From contig JANLHG010000020.1 of assembly GCA_024654575.1 (NCBI GenBank), positions 1 through 53,990 of the forward strand: DNA of 53,990 nt, read 5' to 3'. Below, one piece after another: positions 39,705 to 47,827 of the stretch. The notes beneath the pieces are model-generated. The model was given only the letters and a program-made list of their open reading frames with translations. It had not been told where the DNA came from and did no database searches. Within the stretch, counting starts at the first letter, position 1, and each line of letters opens with the position of its first letter. The DNA is from Patescibacteria group bacterium. Lineage in GTDB: Bacteria > Patescibacteriota > Minisyncoccia > Phycocordibacterales > PALSA-1337. Made by a program: the position numbers and the translations under genes.

Positions 39705-42191
39705 TTACATATAAGTATTTACGGACACATAATCTTTGACATATTCCGGTATCACTTCGCGGAAGCCGTTTAGCTCTTTGAAATCTCCCATTGATACTTT
39801 CGGATTTGTGGCAAAGCGACCATATTCTTTTGATTCCACAATCTCACGAATTTCATTATCAGTTATGTATGCTTTCAGGAAATTTTTGATTGGATAGTAA
39901 TATTTGCTATCGGGCTTGTAGATAGATATGAACTTTTCAAATTCTTCTTCCAAAAGCTCGTCTTTGTTTTTGAATTTATCGAGGCGACCAAAAATTTTAT
40001 CTATGACTTCTCGTAGGGAAATGCGACGATCAACCTTTGCTGATTTTCGGAGTTTTTCAAGGTTATAAAATTCCTGCGGTTTATCAAAAATTTCTGTCTT
40101 TACATATTCCTCAACAGCTTGCATATCGCCCTGTTCGTATTTCTCTTTGATAAATGAATCAGCTTTGATTGTGTCCTCAAATTTCTCAAAGAGTTTTCTA
40201 TCAACTTTCATTCCCTCAACGCCTACGGCTTTTTCGTTGAAAGTTTTAAGTGGGTCAGGAGTTCCAATAATTATTTCGTCAATATCAACTCCGCCACCGC
40301 CTGTACCACCAGTACCAAGTTTGGGAATTTTTAGAACCTCGTCATAGTTAAACTTTTCCTCAAAATATTCACAGTTTGCAAAGAAATCAAAAAGTTTAAA
40401 CTTATCTTTTTCAGTATTAGTTTTGTCGCCATCATTTTCAAAGGAAAAAACATATTTTCGCGTACCGCGCCCTTTGATCTGAATAAAATCAGTTGGCGAG
40501 AAAATCGGGCGCATAAGTCCGAGATTTAATATATTTTGGCAATCATAGCCAGTAGTCATCATGCCAACAGTTACGCAAACTCTCGTTTTGCTTGATTTGT
40601 ATCCATCAAGCCATTTTGTGTGTCCATTGAGATTATCGTTTGAAAAATTGATTGTGAATTGCTGGGCATCGCTAATATTTGAAGTAACTTGAACAGCAAA
40701 ATCGGAATTGTATTTATTCGGGTAGTGTTTATCAGCTAACTGATTAAGCATTTGCGTAATCTTTGTCGCATGATTTTGACTAACGCAATAAATAATACTT
40801 TTACCTATTTCTCCGCTCACTGGATCAACAAGGGCGTTCTTGAGAAAAGTTTCGCAAAAAATCGTGTTTGTTTTATCCGAGAAAAATTTCCTTTCAAAAT
40901 CCTTTTGGTAAAAAGTTTGTTCCTCTTTTCCTTCTTCCGTATCAACGAGCAAAGAATATCCCTCATCAGACAAAAGCTGTGTCGTTATTTCTGTTCGAGC
41001 ATCCGCAACGATAGGATTTACCAAAAAGCCCTCTTTCACTCCGTCTAACAAGCTGTAACGAAAAGTAGGCTCGCTGTTTTCGCAACCAAAAGTAGTGTAA
41101 GTATCAAGAAGTTGCCTACGCTCCCAAGCTCGCGGGTCTTTCTCGCCTAGTTTTACAGGGTCAATGCCTTTGAGATAATTTTTCGGTGTAGCAGTAAGCC
41201 CAAGTTTATAACCGACAAAGTATTCAAAAACTGCTCGGCTATTCCCGCCAATTGAGCGATGTGCTTCGTCTGAAATAATAAGGTCAAAATCTGTCGGCGA
41301 GAAAAGTTTTTGGTATTTATCAGAAATGCTTTGAATCGTGGTAACGACAATTTCAGCTTTTCTCCAATCATCACGATTTTCTTTGTAAATAACTGTCGTG
41401 TAATCTTTTGAAAGCCACTTTTTGAAATTTTTCGCTGCTTGATCTTCAAGTTCTATGCGGTCTACTAAAAACAAAACTCTTTTTGCATTTCCAGTTTTAA
41501 GAAATAGTTTTATAACGGCGGCGCAGGTAAGAGTTTTACCTGTTCCAGTCGCCATTTCAAAAAGATAACGATCTTTTCCACCGCTTGCCCAAGTTTGCAG
41601 AGCTTCAATCGCTTTCAATTGATACGGACGCAAAAACTTTAGGTCGTATTCTTTTACAAGTTCTGATTTTTTGTCGTCATTCCATCGTGGGTCTTTTTGG
41701 TAAGTAGGATTTTGTGTTAATGCAATATAATCGGCGGTCAATTTTTCATCCGCAAGTTTTGCTGGGTCAGGTTTGAAAGATTCAAAATGTTTCAGAGATT
41801 CTTGTGCTGGAAAAACTGTAATTATTTGCGGATTACCTCGTTCTAAATCCCAAAAATAATGTATGTTGCCGTTTGAAAGAATTACGAAGCGAACATTCAG
41901 TGATTGAGCATATCTACGAGCTTGCTCTTTTCCGTTCAAAGGGTCTTTATCCTCTGATTTTGCTTCCAAAACTAAATATGGAAAACCTTTTTCATCTAGC
42001 AAAAGAAAATCAACAAAGCCGTCTTTTGTTTTATCAAAATCATTACCAAGTTCATCAACTGCATTTTTTGTTAGCTTTACATTGTTTTCTAAAGTAATGT
42101 TTGCCGATCCTTTTTCGTCGTCAAAAAACCTCCAGCCAGATGTTTGGAGTAAATTATTGATTTTGATTCTGGCTTTGGCTTCTTTTTGCAT
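39705..42191 (-). CDS. hsdR: Type I restriction enzyme R subunit
   Basis: VDF...LEAK nuclease motif, MATGTGKT, DEAHRS, LTATP, MMTTGYD, QIKGRGTR. Confidence 0.92.
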   Translation of the reverse strand: MQKEAKARIKINNLLQTSGWRFFDDEKGSANITLENNVKLTKNAVDELGNDFDKTKDGFVDFLLLDEKGFPYLVLEAKSEDKDPLNGKEQARRYAQSLNVRFVILSNGNIHYFWDLERGNPQIITVFPAQESLKHFESFKPDPAKLADEKLTADYIALTQNPTYQKDPRWNDDKKSELVKEYDLKFLRPYQLKAIEALQTWASGGKDRYLFEMATGTGKTLTCAAVIKLFLKTGNAKRVLFLVDRIELEDQAAKNFKKWLSKDYTTVIYKENRDDWRKAEIVVTTIQSISDKYQKLFSPTDFDLIISDEAHRSIGGNSRAVFEYFVGYKLGLTATPKNYLKGIDPVKLGEKDPRAWERRQLLDTYTTFGCENSEPTFRYSLLDGVKEGFLVNPIVADARTEITTQLLSDEGYSLLVDTEEGKEEQTFYQKDFERKFFSDKTNTIFCETFLKNALVDPVSGEIGKSIIYCVSQNHATKITQMLNQLADKHYPNKYNSDFAVQVTSNISDAQQFTINFSNDNLNGHTKWLDGYKSSKTRVCVTVGMMTTGYDCQNILNLGLMRPIFSPTDFIQIKGRGTRKYVFSFENDGDKTNTEKDKFKLFDFFANCEYFEEKFNYDEVLKIPKLGTGGTGGGGVDIDEIIIGTPDPLKTFNEKAVGVEGMKVDRKLFEKFEDTIKADSFIKEKYEQGDMQAVEEYVKTEIFDKPQEFYNLEKLRKSAKVDRRISLREVIDKIFGRLDKFKNKDELLEEEFEKFISIYKPDSKYYYPIKNFLKAYITDNEIREIVESKEYGRFATNPKVSMGDFKELNGFREVIPEYVKDYVSVNTYM

Positions 42192-42193
42192 AA

Positions 42194-42946
42194 TTATTTT
42201 CTGGTTATCAAATCATACGCCAAGCTAGCCAGCGAGATGTAGTGAATAGCCAAGTTTTTATCAAGATCACGCGCTGGCGTATGTGCCTTTTCATTTCTCA
42301 AAAATTGGATCGACATGTGTAAAAACTTTACACCCTCAAAAAAGTCACTTTCCACATCGTCTACAGGCTGATGCCCGAAAATCTTTTCGTAATTTGAATT
42401 ACTAAAAGCATCTGTTGCCTTTTCTTTTCCTGTTATGTCTTTTAGTTTTTTTCTAACGATTTTGTACGCTTCTTCTACTGCATTAAAATAGTGTCCGCTG
42501 TTCAGCAATTTTTGCACATGATCAAAAACCTCTTTTTGTAGAGTGATACTAATATTTCCGTTTTTGAATGTCGCTTTAGATTTACTTTCTTTTGTTTCAA
42601 TTTTTTTACCAGACAACTTTTCAGCAATTTCCCTGCTAGCGTTTATTCTGTCGGCTGGAAAATCTTCTCGCTTGAGATTATCTATCAAAATTTGACTCTC
42701 AATATATTCAATAAGTTTCAAAATTGTTTTAGCAACTGTCTTGTCGTCTGATTTCAACCACAAACCCTTCAAACGATTTGCCTTTGATCCGCTGGAGTAA
42801 TTATATTTTTGCGTATAAATATCAATGCCGACATCGTCTCTAAAAAATTCGCCCATTGTCCGGTCAGAGAAATTCAAAACATAGCCTCCTCCCATTTGGA
42901 AATTTTTCTCAAGTATTTGTTTTTCTATTGTGTTTAAATTTGCCAT
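42194..42946 (-). CDS. TIGR02391-family protein with an AbiJ-NTD-like N-terminus
   Basis: GGYVLNFSDRT...SGSKANRL N-terminal domain; GHYFNAVEEAYK...LRNEKAH (RxxxxH) C-terminal domain. Confidence 0.8.
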   Translation of the reverse strand: MANLNTIEKQILEKNFQMGGGYVLNFSDRTMGEFFRDDVGIDIYTQKYNYSSGSKANRLKGLWLKSDDKTVAKTILKLIEYIESQILIDNLKREDFPADRINASREIAEKLSGKKIETKESKSKATFKNGNISITLQKEVFDHVQKLLNSGHYFNAVEEAYKIVRKKLKDITGKEKATDAFSNSNYEKIFGHQPVDDVESDFFEGVKFLHMSIQFLRNEKAHTPARDLDKNLAIHYISLASLAYDLITRK

Positions 42947-42948
42947 GA

Positions 42949-43110
42949 TTATTTCAAAAGTTCGCTACTGGAAATTCTCAACGCATTAGAAATTTTTTCC
43001 AAAGTCGAAAGAGTAGGGTTCATACGACCATCAATATCGCCTTGTGTAATACCTTTCTCTGTTCGAATACGCTTTAGATTCTTGCCTAATTTCGTAGATT
43101 CACTTTTCAT
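42949..43110 (-). pseudogene. XRE/controller-like HTH regulator with an internal in-frame deletion (53 aa)
   Basis: MKSESTKLGKNLKRIRTEKGITQGDI^DGRMNPTLSTLEKISNALRISSSELLK; the usual helix 2-3 segment is missing. Confidence 0.75.
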
Positions 43111-43157
43111 ATCCACAGTATAGCACTAACATTTACATTATACACCAATCTATTTTT

Positions 43158-43231
43158 TGGCTGCGGGACTTGGAATCGAACCAAGATTCACGGCTTCAAA
43201 GGCCGCTGTACTACCATTATACGATCCCGCA
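43158..43231 (-). tRNA. tRNA-Gln(TTG), CCA encoded
   Basis: TGCGGGA/TCCCGCA acceptor, GCGGC-CTTTGAA-GCCGT, TTCGATT T-loop. Confidence 0.96.
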
Positions 43232-43457
43232 ATATTATTTCTTTTTCACGCCTACAATCTTTCAACTTTCTCTCATACGTTCTTGCCTCCTTTTCTGAAT
43301 TAAAATCCTCAGTATATACAAGGATGAATGGAACATAATGTTTTGTTGATCGTACCTTTCCATCATTATGTTCCTTGACCCTTTCTCTAATTCTATTAGT
43401 ACTTCCTACATAATACCACTTCTTTGCTAAACTTTTTATTATATATACTTTCCACAT
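43188..43457 (-). CDS. GIY-YIG nuclease (89 aa) overlapping tRNA-Gln
   Basis: MWKVYIIKS...YYVGST...ERVKEHN.G...ST...EARTYERKLK; the stop codon lies inside the tRNA. Confidence 0.9.
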   Translation of the reverse strand: MWKVYIIKSLAKKWYYVGSTNRIRERVKEHNDGKVRSTKHYVPFILVYTEDFNSEKEARTYERKLKDCRREKEIILRDRIMVVQRPLKP

Positions 43458-43461
43458 AAAT

Positions 43462-43506
43462 GCTGTACTACCATTATACCTGCCTGCGCAGGCAGGCGAT
43501 CCCGCA
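43462..43506 (-). repeat. Duplicated 5' 27 nt of tRNA-Gln interrupted by an 18-bp perfect palindrome
   Basis: TGCGGGATCG[CCTGCCTGCGCAGGCAGG]TATAATGGTAGTACAGC is identical to 43231-43205 apart from the insert. Confidence 0.92.
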
Positions 43507-43602
43507 AAATTTTTAAAATACAATTATAAAATACTATAAAAATACTATAATATCAATACCTTAAATTCCATCACGTATGACATATGGTATTATTAAATAA
43601 TT

Positions 43603-44040
43603 ATGAAAAAAACATTGTTTATACTTTTTATTGTTTTACTTATCGCGACTTTTGGTATTGTCTGGTGGCTTTCAAAGAATGAAGTACAAAAACCTATTAT
43701 AACCACAAATGAAAACATTCACCTCACTTCTCCTCGCCCAAACGCAACCATCAAAAGCCCGCTTACTATCACTGGTGAAGCTAGAGGGAATTGGTTTTTT
43801 GAGGCGAGTTTTCCAGTAGTGCTCACAAATTGGGACGGGTTGATTATTGCACAAGGTATCGCACAAGCAAAAGGAGAATGGATGACGACAGATTTTGTCC
43901 CGTTTGAGGCCACATTTACTTTTACGGTAGATAAAAATGTATACAGTAACAAAGGTTCGCTGATATTGCAAAAAGACAATCCATCTGGGTTACCAGAATA
44001 TGATGACGCACTAGAAATTCCGATCGTGTTTTCGGATTAG
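43603..44040 (+). CDS. Membrane-anchored Gmad2 Ig-like domain protein
   Basis: TM, then SPLTITGEARGNWFFEASFPV...WMTTDFVPF...LQKDNPSGLPE. Confidence 0.85.
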   Translation: MKKTLFILFIVLLIATFGIVWWLSKNEVQKPIITTNENIHLTSPRPNATIKSPLTITGEARGNWFFEASFPVVLTNWDGLIIAQGIAQAKGEWMTTDFVPFEATFTFTVDKNVYSNKGSLILQKDNPSGLPEYDDALEIPIVFSD

Positions 44041-44097
44041 TAAGGTAGAAGAAATAATTCGCTAGTTTAATCAAAATGATATAATTATTGTGTTAAT

Positions 44098-44429
44098 ATG
44101 CAAAAAGATTTTGATAAGTGGAATAGTAAGAAAAAACAAATAGACGTTAAGAATGAAATTCCTTTTTTTAAGGAGAAGAATTTATGCGACCAATTTTGAT
44201 TATTAAAAAATATAATCAATATTCTTTTCTTGCTCTTCCATTGAGTACTTCATCTAAAACAAATAAGTATCGTATTCCAATTGGAGTGGTTGATGACAAA
44301 AATGCTCTCGCTAATTTGTCTCAAATAAAAAATATAGATAGTAAAAGACTTATCAATAAAGTTGGTTATATAGAACATGACAAATTGAAGGTTATAAAAG
44401 AAAAAACTAGCCGAATTAATTTTGGCTAG
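44098..44429 (+). pseudogene. PemK/MazF toxin pseudogene (internal deletion plus frameshift)
   Basis: MQKDFDKWNSKKKQID...PFFK in one frame and GEEFMRPILIIKK...LSQIKNIDSKRL in another; the WCSLGxNIGFEQDG segment is missing. Confidence 0.88.
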
Positions 44430-44479
44430 TTTTTTCACTTTCTCCCTCTTACGAGGGCGAGCCCGAAGGCCATCTGTAC
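44395..44479 (-). ncRNA. Candidate small structured RNA convergent on pemK (copy 2)
   Basis: Minus strand reads GUACAGAUG, GCC-UUCG-GGC, CCCUC-GUAA-GAGGG, AGAA, then hairpin ACUAGCC/GGCUAGU and a U-tract. Confidence 0.65.
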
Positions 44480-44484
44480 ATAGA

Positions 44485-44513
44485 AGTATATCAGGTAAGC
44501 TTAATCACCGCAA
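44485..44513 (-). promoter_or_regulatory. Sigma70-type promoter for candidate RNA copy 2
   Basis: TTGCGG-17 nt-TATACT with extended TG; overlaps the end of dnaX. Confidence 0.55.
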
Positions 44514-45519
44514 GTTCTAATGGAAGCTCTTCTATATACGACTTTCCTATAAGGTCGTAAGTATTTAACATTTCTACAAGCACGGCGGAATTGATTTTGG
44601 AATCTTTGGCTTCAGCTAGGTGTTTTAGAAAAACGAAGTCCTCTTCAGAAGTTTCTTTCATTATCTGACCTTCCATTTCTTTGGCGTTTTTTAAGATAAG
44701 AACATTACGAAGTTTTGCTAAAATAAGTTTTAGATAGATTTTCATATCAACATTATTTTCTTTCGCTTGTGTGATAGCTCTTAAACCTTTTGTTTTATCA
44801 CCAGAATTAAGAGCTACCACAAAATCATTAACTATATTTCCTCTCGGTGCACCAGTAACCATTTCAATATCTTCTAAATCAATTTTCTTTTTATTATTTG
44901 AGCTTATGACTTTATCTAAAATACCATGTGCATCTCTAAAAGAACCATCTCCTAAAATAGCAATTAGTTCTGCCCCATTATTTTCTATGACGTAACCTTC
45001 TTTTTTCGCAGTATCAATAATAACTTTTTTAAGAACTTTAATGGAAGGTTTTTTGAAAGAAAATGTCTGACAACGAGAAATAACTGTTTCTGGAATTTTT
45101 TGATTTTCAGTAGTGGCGAGAATAAAAATGACGTGTTTCGGTGGTTCCTCTAATGTTTTTAAAAGGGCATTGAAAGCATCTTTGGAAAGCATGTGAACTT
45201 CATCAAGAATATATACTTTATAAGGTGATTCAAAAGGGAGGGTGCTAACGGATTCTTTTAATTGACGAATATCTTCAATTCCCCTATTTGAAGCGGCGTC
45301 TATTTCATAAAGATCATTGGGCGTACAACCGATTGCACTAGCGAAAATCCTAGCAACGGTGGTTTTACCAGTTCCTCTCGTACCAGAAAAAAGATAAGCG
45401 TGAGAAATATTACCGAGTTTAATGGAACCTTCCAAAACTTTAACGATATGGTCTTGTTCTATAACATTAGAAAATTTCTGTGGGCGATATTTTCTATATA
45501 ATGCGATTGATTCTTTCAT
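44491..45519 (-). CDS. dnaX: DNA polymerase III subunit gamma/tau
   Basis: LYRKYRPQ.F, GTRGTGKTT, EIDAASN, DEVHML, NALLKTLEEPP, SRC. Confidence 0.97.
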   Translation of the reverse strand: MKESIALYRKYRPQKFSNVIEQDHIVKVLEGSIKLGNISHAYLFSGTRGTGKTTVARIFASAIGCTPNDLYEIDAASNRGIEDIRQLKESVSTLPFESPYKVYILDEVHMLSKDAFNALLKTLEEPPKHVIFILATTENQKIPETVISRCQTFSFKKPSIKVLKKVIIDTAKKEGYVIENNGAELIAILGDGSFRDAHGILDKVISSNNKKKIDLEDIEMVTGAPRGNIVNDFVVALNSGDKTKGLRAITQAKENNVDMKIYLKLILAKLRNVLILKNAKEMEGQIMKETSEEDFVFLKHLAEAKDSKINSAVLVEMLNTYDLIGKSYIEELPLELAVIKLT

Positions 45520-45533
45520 AATGGCATTATACC

Positions 45534-45564
45534 AAAAAAAGTGCGATGGTAAACCACCGCACTC
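45534..45564 (-). terminator. Intrinsic terminator
   Basis: Minus strand AGTGCGGTGG-TTTA-CCATCGCACT followed by a T run. Confidence 0.7.
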
Positions 45565-45584
45565 TGTAACACACGAAGAAAGCT

Positions 45585-45896
45585 TTATATTTTTCTCATT
45601 CTAAACAATCTCAAGAGGCGGTCCATTAATGATGATGTTTGAACGGACACCGACGAGTTGCATAAACCAGAAATAAAATCTTCCCTTTTTCCAAAGTTGT
45701 TTATTCTTGAAAAATCTTCAAAGAACGACTCCGTTATTTCTGTTTTACCAGAATGAGTGATAATGAAAGTACCTTCATCACGAAACACCACATTTTGATG
45801 AGATAAGTTCAGTAGTGACAATGTACGTAATAGAAGACTAATTTCCTCTTTACGTTGCGGGAACCGACTTTGCAGACGATGAATTAGCTGAGACAT
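45585..45896 (-). CDS. Hypothetical protein (ORFan-like)
   Basis: 103 aa with TGCTATAAT and an AAAGGA SD upstream and a terminator downstream. Confidence 0.65.
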   Translation of the reverse strand: MSQLIHRLQSRFPQRKEEISLLLRTLSLLNLSHQNVVFRDEGTFIITHSGKTEITESFFEDFSRINNFGKREDFISGLCNSSVSVQTSSLMDRLLRLFRMRKI

Positions 45897-45918
45897 GATA
45901 ATTCCTTTCTATTTTTTA

Positions 45919-46875
45919 TTATAGCATACTAATTATTTTTTCTACTTCTTTAGCATTATTAGTTTCCATAAGTTTAGTTCGTAATTCTGATGCACCTGAG
46001 AAGCCGTTTATGTAAGCTTTGAAATGTTTCTTCATTACAGAAAAGTTTTTTGTCTCGCCGAGAAATTTTTCAAACAATTTTGTATGTTCAATTAAAACTT
46101 CTAATTTTTCTTTTGTTGTAGGTTTTTTTTCAGAAAAAAGCCATGGATTGCCAAAAATAGCTCTACCTAACATCACTCCATCTGCACCACTTTCTTTAGC
46201 TTTCATGTGTGCATCGGCAAGGTCTTTAACATCACCATTTCCGAATATTAATGTTTTTGAACCGAGTTTATTTCTAATTTCCACAGCTTCTTTAATGTAC
46301 CCCCATTGAGCTGGTACTTTTGACATTTCTTTTCTTGTCCGAGCGTGAATGGTTATGACAGCAGGTTCCTCGGCTAAAAGTTCTGGAAGCCATTTAGTAA
46401 GTTCATTTTTTGAGTAACCGACTCTAGTTTTAACTGAGACTGGAATTTGCCGATTAACGGATTTCGCACCTTTTTTTGCTGATTTAATTATTTCTCTAGC
46501 TAATTTTGGATTTTTAATATGAGCAGCACCAGCACCCTGTTTTTCAATACTTTTATCAGGACACCCCATATTTATATCAATTCCGTCAAAGCCGAGTTCT
46601 AGTGCTAAAGCCGAAGCTTTCTCAATTATTTCTGGTTTAGCTGAAAAAAATTGAGCCACAATCGGTCTTTCTTCTTCACTAAACTGTAAATCCTTCATTA
46701 GTTTCTTTTTTCCTTTTTCATTAGCTAACATCAAACCATCAGCAGAAACGAATTCTGTCCACATTACATCTGGTTTTCCATATTTAGCAATTATTTGACG
46801 AAACGCACAATCAGTTACGTCCGCCATTGGTGCTAACACCATAATTGGTCGTTTTAATTTTTCCCAGAAATTCAT
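45919..46875 (-). CDS. dus: tRNA-dihydrouridine synthase
   Basis: LAPMADVTD, DINMGCP, SVKTR, IHART, GNGDV, GVMLGRA..GNPW. Confidence 0.95.
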   Translation of the reverse strand: MNFWEKLKRPIMVLAPMADVTDCAFRQIIAKYGKPDVMWTEFVSADGLMLANEKGKKKLMKDLQFSEEERPIVAQFFSAKPEIIEKASALALELGFDGIDINMGCPDKSIEKQGAGAAHIKNPKLAREIIKSAKKGAKSVNRQIPVSVKTRVGYSKNELTKWLPELLAEEPAVITIHARTRKEMSKVPAQWGYIKEAVEIRNKLGSKTLIFGNGDVKDLADAHMKAKESGADGVMLGRAIFGNPWLFSEKKPTTKEKLEVLIEHTKLFEKFLGETKNFSVMKKHFKAYINGFSGASELRTKLMETNNAKEVEKIISML

Positions 46876-47825
46876 TATTTTAAATATTTATTTTTATTGG
46901 CCACATGTTGATCGTGCGTTTCTGCATAATGCATTACACCGTTTTTATCAGATAAATAATATAAATATTTCGTATTTACTGGGTTTAAAGTAGCAATAAT
47001 AGAATCAAGTCCGGGATTATTTATTGGCCCAGGTGGAAGACCTTTATTTTTATAAAGATTGTATGGAGAGTCAATTTCTAAATCATTATAATATATTTTA
47101 GGAGTATTTACTCCGTATATATATGAAAAAGTCACATCTACTTGAAGTGGCATTCCTATTTTTATTCTTTTCCACAAAACTCCAGCGATTATTTTTTTGT
47201 CTTCAATTTTAGATGCTTCTTTTTCAACTATTGAAGCCATCGTTAGGACTTCTTTCAGTGGTTTTCCAAATGCATTTATTTGATATTTTATTGAAGCAAT
47301 TTTTTTATCAAAATTATCAGTCATAATTTTGATTACTTGTTCTTCATTGGTATTTGGAAAAAGTAAATATGTATCGGGAAATAGATAACCCTCCTTACCT
47401 TTAGTTAATCTCAAGAAATTGTTTTTATTGAACTTTGTCAATTGACTTTCAAATTTATCAGCCATTTCCGCTAAGGTACTTCCTTCAAAAATGACTATTC
47501 TCATTGACGCAAAGCCATATTTTCCGTGAGTAATACGAAAAGCTACATCACTAGCACTAGTTTTTTCTTGAAATAAATAATCACCCTCTATTACTTTTTT
47601 CTCTCCCCCATTAGCAATGATGAATATCCTAAAAAGAAACGCTGAATTAATTATTTTTTTGTCTTCCAATAGTGTAGAAATGGTTTTTAATGTGGCTCCT
47701 TTATCTAGACTGATGGTTATTTCTTTCGGAAAATCTCTCGGGGGATGATTATACCAACCGTAAAAAATTATTAGAATAGCAATAAATGATATAAGTACTT
47801 TTAATATAAGTATTTTTATTTTCAT
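46875..47825 (-). CDS. mltG: Endolytic transglycosylase MltG
   Basis: EGYLFPDTY, ASIVEKE, LQVD, SPYNLY...GLPPGPINNPG. Confidence 0.95.
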   Translation of the reverse strand: MKIKILILKVLISFIAILIIFYGWYNHPPRDFPKEITISLDKGATLKTISTLLEDKKIINSAFLFRIFIIANGGEKKVIEGDYLFQEKTSASDVAFRITHGKYGFASMRIVIFEGSTLAEMADKFESQLTKFNKNNFLRLTKGKEGYLFPDTYLLFPNTNEEQVIKIMTDNFDKKIASIKYQINAFGKPLKEVLTMASIVEKEASKIEDKKIIAGVLWKRIKIGMPLQVDVTFSYIYGVNTPKIYYNDLEIDSPYNLYKNKGLPPGPINNPGLDSIIATLNPVNTKYLYYLSDKNGVMHYAETHDQHVANKNKYLK

Positions 47826-47827
47826 AA

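Noticed and set aside
43158-43506. tRNA-Gln interrupted by an intron encoding a homing endonuclease
   Set aside because: The downstream tRNA is complete on its own, and no group I/II intron core is visible.
44161-44172. T-run as a programmed -1 frameshift site restoring the second PemK
   Set aside because: The shifted frame has TAA at 44169, and about 20 conserved residues are physically absent.
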